DNA of 64,000 nt from Eubacteriales bacterium (lineage in GTDB: Bacteria > Bacillota > Clostridia > Oscillospirales > CAG-272). The notes below the pieces were generated by a model. It did not search any database, was not told where the DNA came from, and was given only the letters and a program-made list of their open reading frames with translations. This document shows, piece after piece, positions 17,124 through 25,209 of this stretch (position 1 is the stretch's first letter; every line of letters begins with the position of its first letter). Made by a program: the position numbers and the translations under genes. The stretch covers positions 83,357 to 147,356 of the forward strand of contig JAZRDN010000043.1 in the NCBI GenBank assembly GCA_045660295.1. Reading direction: 5' to 3'.

Positions 17124-19049
17124 ATGGAGCATATAGTTATAAACGGTAAAAAGATTCAAGCCCACACCGTGAACACTCTCGTGGTGGGAAGCGGTGCGGC
17201 GGGCTTTAACGCGGCGCTTTCACTCTATGAGGAAGGCGTGCGCGATATAGCCATAGTCTGTGAAGGCGTCAATATGGGAACATCGCGTAATACAGGTTCT
17301 GATAAGCAGACCTATTATAAGCTGGGAATGTGCGGCGCGCCCGATTCTCCGCGCGATATGGCTCAGGATATTTTTGACGGCGGTTGCGTTGATGGCGATA
17401 TCGCCTATGCCGAGGCGGCAAATTCGGCGCGTTGCTTTATGCGCCTCACCGATCTGGGTGTGAAGTTTCCCACAAACAGCCTTGGTGAGTACGTGGGATA
17501 TAAGACCGACCACGACAAACGCTCACGCGCAACGTCTGCAGGACCGCTCACCTCAAAAATGATGACCGAGTGCCTTGAGGCGGCGGTGAAAAAAAGAGAT
17601 ATTACCATATTTGATAATCTCTTTGCGCTTAAGATCATAAAAAAGGGTGAAAAGGCAAGCGGACTTCTGGCGCTTGATAAAAATAACGATTGCGCTCCTG
17701 TGCTTTTCGGCTTTGAGAACATTATCCTCGCTACAGGCGGTCCTGCGGGTATGTACGCCGACTCGGTCTATCCCGAGTGCCATAACGGCGCTTCGGGCTT
17801 GGCTTTTGAGGCGGGAGCAGATGGCAGAAATCTTACCGAATGGCAGTACGGAATAGCGTCAACGCATCCGCGCTGGAACGTGTCGGGAACATATATGCAG
17901 GTGCTTCCCGCTGTGGTGTCGGTGGACGAAAAGGGCATCGAGCGAGAGTTTGTAAACGACTATTTCGCCGATGACGGCAAAGCGCTTTCAATGGTGTTCA
18001 AAAAAGGCTATGAGTGGCCCTTTGACTGCAACAAGATCAAGGACGGCTCGTCGGTCATAGACCTGCTTGTGTGGTACGAAAAATCGATACTCGGGCGCAA
18101 AGTTTATCTTGATTATACAAGAAATCCTCGCAATCTTTCAGAGCTTGATTACGGCAGACTCGATGCCGAGGCGCACGATTACCTTACGGCAGTCGGCGCT
18201 TGCTTCGGCTCGCCCATAGAACGCCTTAAGCACATGAATATGCCCGCCTATGAGCTTTATCTCTCGCGCGGCGTTGACTTGGCAAAGGATAGACTTGAAA
18301 TAGCCCTCTGTGCTCAGCACAGTAACGGCGGTGTGGCAGTTGATAAGTGGTGGAGAACCTGCGTTGATGGGCTTTTCGTGGTCGGAGAAGCCGCGGGAAC
18401 TCACGGCGTAAAGCGCCCTGGCGGAAGCGCGCTCAATGCGGGTCAGGTCGGCTCTCTTCGTGCGGCGCAGTATATAGCGGCGCACTGCAAGGGAAAGAAA
18501 ATAACCCTTGATGAGCTTGCCGAAATCTCCAAGCCGTCGCTTCAAAGGCTCGAAGAAGAAAGACGGCTTATTGTGTCCGACTGCTCAAAGATTGACGCCA
18601 TTCGCCGTAAATTTACCGAAGCCATGAGCAGAAGCGCGGGCGCTATCCGCAATAAGGCGGGAATAAACAGACTGTGCGCCGAGGTCTCGCTGTACAAGGA
18701 TAACTTTGCATGCAATCTGAAGGTGGAGAAGGAAAGCGAGCTATACAAGGCTTACAGACTGCGTGACACCTTGATCTCACAGTGTGTGTACCTTACGGCA
18801 ATGATTGATTATATGGAGTGCGGCGGCGCGTCAAGAGGTTCTGCCATATATCTTGACAGCGTTTCGGACTTTGGCTCGCTTTTTGAGTTCAAGGATGCCT
18901 CGCCTGAGCTTTTGTCAAAAATTCAAGAAATAAAGTATCTCGGAAACTCGATGGAAACATCGTGGCGTGACGTACGCCCGATCCCCGACGGTGGCGGAGT
19001 TTTTGAAACCGTGTGGAGAAAGTACAGAGAGGGAAAAATATACGAATAA
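17124..19049 (+). CDS. FAD-dependent oxidoreductase of the fumarate reductase/succinate dehydrogenase/L-aspartate oxidase flavoprotein superfamily
   Basis: N-terminal VVGSGAAGFNAALSL dinucleotide fold. VVGEAAGTHGVKRPGGSALNAGQV resembles the FrdA/NadB GE..G.HGANRLG.NSL signature. 641 aa. 7-nt gap after the SDR gene. Confidence 0.8.
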   Translation: MEHIVINGKKIQAHTVNTLVVGSGAAGFNAALSLYEEGVRDIAIVCEGVNMGTSRNTGSDKQTYYKLGMCGAPDSPRDMAQDIFDGGCVDGDIAYAEAANSARCFMRLTDLGVKFPTNSLGEYVGYKTDHDKRSRATSAGPLTSKMMTECLEAAVKKRDITIFDNLFALKIIKKGEKASGLLALDKNNDCAPVLFGFENIILATGGPAGMYADSVYPECHNGASGLAFEAGADGRNLTEWQYGIASTHPRWNVSGTYMQVLPAVVSVDEKGIEREFVNDYFADDGKALSMVFKKGYEWPFDCNKIKDGSSVIDLLVWYEKSILGRKVYLDYTRNPRNLSELDYGRLDAEAHDYLTAVGACFGSPIERLKHMNMPAYELYLSRGVDLAKDRLEIALCAQHSNGGVAVDKWWRTCVDGLFVVGEAAGTHGVKRPGGSALNAGQVGSLRAAQYIAAHCKGKKITLDELAEISKPSLQRLEEERRLIVSDCSKIDAIRRKFTEAMSRSAGAIRNKAGINRLCAEVSLYKDNFACNLKVEKESELYKAYRLRDTLISQCVYLTAMIDYMECGGASRGSAIYLDSVSDFGSLFEFKDASPELLSKIQEIKYLGNSMETSWRDVRPIPDGGGVFETVWRKYREGKIYE

Positions 19050-19101
19050 CAAAAGGGCTGTCGCTTGGCGACAGCCCGAATTTTTAGATGTTGCTTTTAT
19101 T

Positions 19102-19389
19102 TTAAGCGAAATCTTCCTCGCTTGCGTCCTCGTCAACGGGGATCTCAATAGGTTCTTCCTCAAGAACTACTACTTCCTCCTCAGCAGGCTCCTCGGCAAC
19201 TGCCTTTTTTACGGGGGTGGTGTTGTCCTCGATAAGCGCGAGACCCATGATACCCTCTACGGTGGCAAGTGCCGCGAGAGCCGCAACAGCGCTCTTTTTC
19301 TTCATGCAAAGAGCGAGAAACGTAAAGGTTGTTGTGATAGCCGATACCACAAGCATTATACCGATGTAAAACTTTGTTCTCTTATTCAT
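19102..19389 (-). CDS. small membrane protein with acidic C-terminal tail (hypothetical)
   Basis: One TM helix (FYIGIMLVVSAITTTFTFLALC) and a tail AEEPAEEEVVVLEEEPIEIPVDEDASEEDFA. Lies 18 nt downstream of prfB on the same strand. Confidence 0.55.
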   Translation of the reverse strand: MNKRTKFYIGIMLVVSAITTTFTFLALCMKKKSAVAALAALATVEGIMGLALIEDNTTPVKKAVAEEPAEEEVVVLEEEPIEIPVDEDASEEDFA

Positions 19390-19407
19390 AACGAAACCCT
19401 CTTTCTT

Positions 19408-20514
19408 TTATTTTGTAATTGATTTAAGATATGCGTTTATAAATCCGTCTATTTCGCCGTCCATTACCGCGTTGATGTTTCCGTCCTCGTAGCCCGTTCT
19501 TGTGTCCTTGGCGAGGGTGTAGGGCATAAATACGTAGGAGCGTATCTGCGAGCCCCACTCAATATTTGTTTTGTTGCCCTGAATTTCTTCTATGGTGTCA
19601 AGACGCTCGCGGAGCTTTATCTCCATGAGCTTTGCCTTAAGCATTTTGAGCGCCGTTTCCTTGTTCTGAAGCTGTGAACGCTCGGTCTGACATCCGACAA
19701 CAATGCCCGTGGGCTTGTGAACTATTCTTATTGCCGAGTCGGTCTTGTTGATGTGCTGACCTCCCGCACCGCTGGAGCGGTGAGCGGTTATTTCAAGATC
19801 CTCGTCACGAAGCTCTATCTTGTCAACCTCGTCAAACTCGGGCATTACCTCTATCGAAGCAAAAGAGGTCTGACGTCTGCCCGCAGAGTCAAAGGGTGAC
19901 ACGCGTACAAGGCGGTGAACGCCGTTTTCGCTCTTAAGATATCCGTATGCGTTAAGACCCTCGACAGTGATGGTGGCGCTTTTAAGTCCGGCTTCTTCTC
20001 CGTCAAGCCAGTCGATCAGCTTTACCGTGAATTTGTTGCGCTCAGCCCAACGTGTTATCATTCTGTAAAGCATCTGCGCCCAGTCCTGAGCCTCCGTGCC
20101 TCCCGCGCCGGGGTGGAAGGAGACTATGGCGTTGTTTTTGTCGTATTCGCCCGACAAAAGCACCTCGATACGCTTTTTTTCCTCCTGCGCGATTATCTCG
20201 GCAAGCTCGTTTTCAACCTCGGGAACAGAGTCCTCGTCGTTTTCCTCAATTGCCATTTCGGCAAGAACTATTGCGTCCTCAAGTTTGGCACAAAGCGCGT
20301 CGTATTCGGAAATTGCGTCTTTCGTCTGCTTTATAGTTTGCAGAACCTTTGAGGAGTTTTCCTGATTACTCCAGAAATCCTGCTCAAGAGTCTGCTTTTC
20401 AAGCTCCTCTACCGTAACTCTCTTTTCCTCGATCTTAAGCGCCGAGCCAAGCTCCGTAAGGTCGTCGCGGAGCTTTATAAGCTTATATCTTGCATCTTCA
20501 AGTGCGATTATCAA
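19408..20514 (-). CDS. prfB: peptide chain release factor 2, encoded in a single frame (no programmed +1 frameshift)
   Basis: SPF tripeptide (VSPFDS) and GGQ (SGAGGQHINK). TTG start 5 nt after GGGAGG. 368 aa, full length. Confidence 0.93.
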   Translation of the reverse strand: MIIALEDARYKLIKLRDDLTELGSALKIEEKRVTVEELEKQTLEQDFWSNQENSSKVLQTIKQTKDAISEYDALCAKLEDAIVLAEMAIEENDEDSVPEVENELAEIIAQEEKKRIEVLLSGEYDKNNAIVSFHPGAGGTEAQDWAQMLYRMITRWAERNKFTVKLIDWLDGEEAGLKSATITVEGLNAYGYLKSENGVHRLVRVSPFDSAGRRQTSFASIEVMPEFDEVDKIELRDEDLEITAHRSSGAGGQHINKTDSAIRIVHKPTGIVVGCQTERSQLQNKETALKMLKAKLMEIKLRERLDTIEEIQGNKTNIEWGSQIRSYVFMPYTLAKDTRTGYEDGNINAVMDGEIDGFINAYLKSITK

Positions 20515-20790
20515 ATTAACCTCCCGCGCCGCGAATGCGGCTGATACGTGTGAATTTATAGTTTATAGTTATTATATATTATACCATGAAGCAAAAATGC
20601 TTGCTTGCAAAGGTGTTTTGGCGAAGCCGTCAATAACGCAGGCACGCAAAGCGTGCGAAGGGCGAAGCCCAAAAACTTGCGTATGCAAGGCTTATTGCGT
20701 ATATTATACCATATAACACCATGGTTTTTCAAGAGGTTTGAGAAATTTTCTTTACAAAATATAAAAAGAAAGTAATTGTGAAAAATTCGG

Positions 20791-20819
20791 TTGACAAATC
20801 GATTGAAAAGTTATATAAT
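20791..20819 (+). promoter_or_regulatory. consensus sigma-A promoter for the DUF1858 gene/trmK operon
   Basis: TTGACA (20791-20796), 17 nt, TATAAT (20814-20819). Confidence 0.65.
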
Positions 20820-20851
20820 ATAGGGGAATAATAAATACGGAGGTAGAAAAA

Positions 20852-21052
20852 ATGACTGTAACCAAGGAATCCATTATCGGTGATGTACTTGATTTTGACG
20901 TAGATACAGCTCGCTTCTTCTTTGAAATCGGAATGCACTGTCTCGGCTGCCCCTCTGCAAGAGGAGAGTCTATCGCGGACGCTTGCGCCGTTCACGGAAC
21001 AAATGCCGACGAGCTTGTTGAAAAAATCAATAAATATCTTGCATCCAAGTAA
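20852..21052 (+). CDS. DUF1858 (hybrid-cluster-protein-associated redox disulfide) domain protein
   Basis: 66 aa. IGDVLDFDVDTARFFFEIGMHCLGCPSARGESIADAC matches my recollection of the DUF1858 CxxC family. RBS GGAGG. Confidence 0.75.
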   Translation: MTVTKESIIGDVLDFDVDTARFFFEIGMHCLGCPSARGESIADACAVHGTNADELVEKINKYLASK

Positions 21053-21115
21053 GAGAACTCCGCTCGGCAGACCTTGAGCTTTGTCGGGCGGTCTTTTCTT
21101 TTGAAAGGGAAACAA

Positions 21116-21799
21116 ATGCGAAATTACGTTATAAGCAACAGACTTATGAGCGCGGTCGGCTTCGTGCGCGGGGGTGTTTTTGCCGATATAGGCACCGACC
21201 ACGGCTATCTGCCCATATATCTGTATAAAAATAGGTTGATAAAAAAGGCTGTCGCCGCCGATATAAACCCAATGCCGCTTGACTCGGCTCGCCGAAATAT
21301 AGCCGAACACGGCGTGGACGGTGGCATCGTTACCGTGCTCTCCGACGGGCTTGAAAAAATAGGCGACTTTGCGCCCGACGATATAGCGATATTCGGCATG
21401 GGCGGTGAGCTTGTTTGCCGTATAATCAAAAACGCGCCGTGGACAAAAGATTCCAAAATTCGCCTTATACTTCAGCCGATGACCAAGCAGGACGAGGTGA
21501 GGGAATATCTGCTTTCAGAGGGCTTTGCTATCGTTGACGAGACGCTATCCGAGGACGACGGAAAAATATACCAGACCATATGCGCCGAATATTCGGGCGA
21601 GAGCGAGAAATATTCTGCCGCCGAGCTGATACTCGGAAGGCATAACATAAAGCACGGAGGCGAGCTTTTCGGGAAATTTGTCGAAAACCGTATCGAGGTG
21701 TACTCGGCAAGAGCGGATGGTAAGCGCCTTGCGGGACTCGGGGACGAGGAAATGGCGCTTGTGGAAGAATTTAAAAGGATATTGGAGAATGTAAAATGA
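21116..21799 (+). CDS. trmK: tRNA (adenine22-N1)-methyltransferase TrmK (YqfN-like)
   Basis: ADIGTDHGYLPIYL motif. Followed by a Nif3/YqfO homologue as in Bacillus. ATG at 21116 after AAAGGGA. Confidence 0.85.
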   Translation: MRNYVISNRLMSAVGFVRGGVFADIGTDHGYLPIYLYKNRLIKKAVAADINPMPLDSARRNIAEHGVDGGIVTVLSDGLEKIGDFAPDDIAIFGMGGELVCRIIKNAPWTKDSKIRLILQPMTKQDEVREYLLSEGFAIVDETLSEDDGKIYQTICAEYSGESEKYSAAELILGRHNIKHGGELFGKFVENRIEVYSARADGKRLAGLGDEEMALVEEFKRILENVK

Positions 21800-22557
21800 C
21801 TGTAAAAGAGCTTTACGATTATTTGAATGAAAAAATTCCGCGCTCTCTTTCCTGCGAGTGGGATAACGACGGACTTATGTGCTGTCCCCGCCCTGACAGA
21901 CAGGCGGCGAAAATACTTGTGGCACTTGATATTTCCGAGGAAATAGTAGAGCGCGCGGTAAGTGAAAAATGCGACGTTATCCTCTCACATCATCCGCTGG
22001 TGTTCAAGCCCGTTAAGGCGCTGACCACCGAGGCTGGCGTCCCGCGAAAGCTTATTCGCCTTATAGAAAACGGTATTACCGCCATGTCATTTCATACTCG
22101 CTTTGACGCGCTTGAGGGCGGTGTCAACGACGTGCTCGCGAAAATACTCGGTATAGAAAACACCGAGCCTTTCGGCGAGGACGGCGAGATGATGGGGCGT
22201 GTAGGCTTTGTGAAGGAAACAACGCTTGAGGAGTTTGCCAAGCACGTAAAGGCTACCCTCGGTTCTCCCGTCGCGCTTTTTAACGGTGACCTGCCTGTGC
22301 GTAAGGTAGCGGTGCTTGGCGGTAACGGAGACGATTTCGTTGGCGCGGCAAAGCACGTCGGGGCTGATACGCTCGTCAGCGGACGTCTGGGATATCACGT
22401 AATGGCTGACGCAAAGGAAAACGGCATCAATCTTATCGAGGCGGGGCACTACTTTACCGAAGCCCCCGCGCTCTCGGCGCTGGCTGATATGGTGAAAGTT
22501 GCAATACCCGATGCCGAAATAATTTTTGCCGATTCAAACAATATCAAAGCGGTGTAG
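21796..22557 (+). CDS. Nif3-like dinuclear metal centre protein (YqfO/GTP cyclohydrolase 1 type 2 homologue)
   Basis: SHHPLVFKP motif plus a C-terminal GHY.TE motif. 4-nt overlap with trmK. Confidence 0.88.
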   Translation: MTVKELYDYLNEKIPRSLSCEWDNDGLMCCPRPDRQAAKILVALDISEEIVERAVSEKCDVILSHHPLVFKPVKALTTEAGVPRKLIRLIENGITAMSFHTRFDALEGGVNDVLAKILGIENTEPFGEDGEMMGRVGFVKETTLEEFAKHVKATLGSPVALFNGDLPVRKVAVLGGNGDDFVGAAKHVGADTLVSGRLGYHVMADAKENGINLIEAGHYFTEAPALSALADMVKVAIPDAEIIFADSNNIKAV

Positions 22558-22574
22558 CATACACGCCGAAAACA

Positions 22575-22602
22575 AAAAGAGCTGTCAAGACAGCTCTTTT
22601 TT
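22575..22602. terminator. bidirectional terminator between nif3 and the ThuA gene
   Basis: AAAAGAGCTG-TCAAGA-CAGCTCTTTT perfect 10-bp stem with flanking A- and T-runs. Confidence 0.85.
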
Positions 22603-22613
22603 ATGTGATTCAA

Positions 22614-23357
22614 TTATTTGCCGAACTCGTCGGTAACCTTTGTCGTAATATGAGGACATTTGTCTTCAAGCTCGTAGCCGATTTCATTGGGAACTGCCCA
22701 ATGTACGGCGTTCTTGATGATTCTCTGAACGTAAGGGTTGTAGAAGGATTTGCAGGTCTCGTGACCGGGCTGGAAGTAGAATATCTTGCCCGCGCCGCGG
22801 AGGAAGCAAGCGCCGCTTCTGAAAATGTTTCCGTCCTCAAACCAGCTTCCGAAAACAAGAGCGTCGGGCTGGGGAATGTAGAAGGGCTCACTGTAAAGCT
22901 CCTCCTCCTCAAGCGTGAAGTGGTCGGGAATACCTTCCGCAATAGGGCTGGAGGGGAGAAGATTCCATACTACCTCTTTCTGGTTTCTGCCCCACGAAAG
23001 GTTTCCGTTGGTGCCGACCAGACTCATAAAGGGCTTGGATTTGTGTCCCGAGTGAAGGGCGATAAAGCCCATTTTGCCTGTGTAAACTCTGGCGCGTATC
23101 TTTTCAACAAGCGCGTCGTTTACCTCGTGGTGAGCCACGTGCCCCCACCAGATAAGCACGTCTGTATTGTCAAGAACCTCGTCGGGGAGACCATGATCTG
23201 GATCGTCAAGCGCGGCGAGCGTGGTCTCTATGTCATCGCACTCGCCAAGAAATTCGGCGATCTTTGCGTGAAGTCCGTTGGGGTAGAGCTCGGCTACCTC
23301 GGGCTTTTTCTTTTCGTGTCTGAATTCGTTCCAGATAGTAACTCTGATTTTTTCCAT
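22614..23357 (-). CDS. ThuA-domain (trehalose utilisation-like) protein
   Basis: IRVTIWNEFRHE..., VLIWWGH.AH and HSGH motifs typical of ThuA-like class I glutamine amidotransferase-fold proteins. Confidence 0.8.
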   Translation of the reverse strand: MEKIRVTIWNEFRHEKKKPEVAELYPNGLHAKIAEFLGECDDIETTLAALDDPDHGLPDEVLDNTDVLIWWGHVAHHEVNDALVEKIRARVYTGKMGFIALHSGHKSKPFMSLVGTNGNLSWGRNQKEVVWNLLPSSPIAEGIPDHFTLEEEELYSEPFYIPQPDALVFGSWFEDGNIFRSGACFLRGAGKIFYFQPGHETCKSFYNPYVQRIIKNAVHWAVPNEIGYELEDKCPHITTKVTDEFGK

Positions 23358-23407
23358 AGTAAAAATCCTTTAGTATCTGATAATTGATCGGTGCTTGATC
23401 GTAGGCT

Positions 23408-24247
23408 TCAATGTTTTGTTTTTCTTGCCGCCAGCGGCGAAATTCCGAAGCGTTGCTTGAACTGCCTGTAAAACGAGGAGTAGTCGCAAAATCCGCATTC
23501 CGATGCCACGATGTTAGCTTGCTTGCCGTTCTGTAAAAGCGTTCTTGAGAGCAAAAGCCTCTTTAATACTATATAATCCCATACCGACGAGCCTGTGGAC
23601 TCTTTGAAAATTCGGTTTATGTAGGATTTGCTGAAGAAAAATTCCTTTTCAAGCTCGTCAAGACCCTGTAAGGTGATAAGATTGGCGTTGATATATTCGA
23701 TTATCTTGCTTACCGTCTCCGACGAGCCTTGCGAGGGAGGTCCGGGGTAATTGCTCTCGTCGGCAGTGGCGGCTTTGAGATGATATAATTCTGTAAGTAT
23801 CGGCATCAGATTTGAAATGATGCGTTCCTCACACCCCTCGGTCTCGGTCTCGCGGCAAATTTTATCCATGCAATTTCTCAAAAAATCCGCCGATTCCTCG
23901 GTGGGAATGAAAAGATTGCTCTTGCCCAGCGGTCTGTCGCAGAAAAGCTCGCCTATCTCTTTTCCGAGAAGTGGAATTACAGAGGGCGAAAAATTAATCG
24001 TGATCCGCTCATATGGGGCTTCAGAGCGCACATGCAACGTGTGTGCCTCTCCGCTTCGCATAAGCAGAAAGCAGCCGGGGACAAGCTGATAATCAGTGCC
24101 CTCTACCGTGTAGTAGCAGTCGCCCGATATAAAGTAAAACAGCTCGTATGTCCTATGGGCGTGTAAAAAGAAGCTGTCTTGCGACGGCGCATCGTCTCTG
24201 CTGTGCCGTACGTTGAGATTTTCACTTATATAATTCGCTAATATCAC
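23408..24247 (-). CDS. AraC-family transcriptional regulator (cupin + HTH)
   Basis: Cupin-like N-terminus (HAHRTYELFYFISGD). C-terminal AraC HTH (ECGFCDYSSFYRQFKQRFGISP). GTG start 7 nt after GGAGGG. Confidence 0.88.
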   Translation of the reverse strand: MILANYISENLNVRHSRDDAPSQDSFFLHAHRTYELFYFISGDCYYTVEGTDYQLVPGCFLLMRSGEAHTLHVRSEAPYERITINFSPSVIPLLGKEIGELFCDRPLGKSNLFIPTEESADFLRNCMDKICRETETEGCEERIISNLMPILTELYHLKAATADESNYPGPPSQGSSETVSKIIEYINANLITLQGLDELEKEFFFSKSYINRIFKESTGSSVWDYIVLKRLLLSRTLLQNGKQANIVASECGFCDYSSFYRQFKQRFGISPLAARKTKH

Positions 24248-24338
24248 CTCAAGTCCCTCCTTTTCGCTTTATACGTTCAAAGTATATCATATATTTTTAA
24301 AAAAATAAATACTTTTTTGCAAATTTTTTCGAATTTGG

Positions 24339-24367
24339 TTGAAATTTTTTTGCATAAGTAGTATAAT
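24339..24367 (+). promoter_or_regulatory. sigma-A type promoter for the GNAT gene
   Basis: TTGAAA (24339-24344), 17 nt, TATAAT (24362-24367). Confidence 0.55.
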
Positions 24368-24403
24368 TATCCCGTATAAGGTGAAATCGAGAGGGCTAAC
24401 AGA

Positions 24404-24976
24404 ATGACAGTTGAAACTTTGGGTAAAATATTCGGAAATATTCCAACGCTGAAAACCGAGCGCCTCGTTCTGCGCGGTATGCTCGTGAGCGACTGCTTTG
24501 ACATGTACGAATACGCGCGCCTTGCCGAGGTCACAAAGTATCTCACGTGGTCGTCGCACCCCGACGTGGAGTATACAAAGGGATATCTCAAAACGCTTAA
24601 GTACCATTATAAAATAGGAACGTTTTACGATTGGGCGGTTGTTTGTGCCGAGCAGGACAAGATGATAGGCACCTGCGGCTTTACACGCTTTGACCTGCCG
24701 CATAATTCCGCCGAGATCGGATACGTTATAAATCCCGAATTCAGAGGTAAGGAGATAGCCGTCGAAGCGGCAAAAAGAGTGCTTCGCTTCGGCTTTGAGG
24801 AGTTGGGGCTTAACCGTATATCGGCAAGGTATATGGTGGGGAACGACGCCTCAAGGCGAGTTATGGAGAAGCTTGGAATGACCTTTGAGGGAATATCGCG
24901 GTCGGAAATACTGGTTGACGGCACCTACAGAGACGTAGGCAGATGCGCGATACTGCGCGACGAGTTCGAAAAATAA
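24404..24976 (+). CDS. GNAT-family N-acetyltransferase (RimJ/RimL-like)
   Basis: TERLVLR... and GYVINPEFRGKEIAVEAAKRVLRFGFEELGLNRI motifs typical of RimJ-type GNATs. Confidence 0.85.
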   Translation: MTVETLGKIFGNIPTLKTERLVLRGMLVSDCFDMYEYARLAEVTKYLTWSSHPDVEYTKGYLKTLKYHYKIGTFYDWAVVCAEQDKMIGTCGFTRFDLPHNSAEIGYVINPEFRGKEIAVEAAKRVLRFGFEELGLNRISARYMVGNDASRRVMEKLGMTFEGISRSEILVDGTYRDVGRCAILRDEFEK

Positions 24977-25014
24977 AAAAATTCGGAAATGTCAAAAAAA
25001 TTTTCGTAAAGCTA

Positions 25015-25043
25015 TTGACATTTCCGTTTTTTTGTGGTAAAAT
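25015..25043 (+). promoter_or_regulatory. sigma-A promoter of the infC-rpmI-rplT operon
   Basis: TTGACA (25015-25020), 17 nt, TAAAAT (25038-25043), with extended TGG. Confidence 0.65.
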
Positions 25044-25209
25044 CATCGGGTAAGAAGCAGAACTCTCCGTTCTCACCGTATCGCTGTCGTGTGTATACGG
25101 TTGATATTTCAAACCTCTGCGGGTGTGCCTGCGGTGGATTTTGCGCACGGAGTATATGCTTCGTGGGCTTTTGTTTTTTAAGCCAAATATTTTTTGGAGG
25201 TGTACACCT
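25044..25209 (+). promoter_or_regulatory. L20-leader-like 5' UTR with intrinsic attenuator (25143-25179)
   Basis: About 165-nt leader. A 10-bp stem GCGCACGGAG/CTTCGTGGGC (1 mismatch, 1 G-U), loop TATATG, is followed by TTTTGTTTTTT just before the infC RBS. The position matches the Firmicutes L20 leader. Confidence 0.55.
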
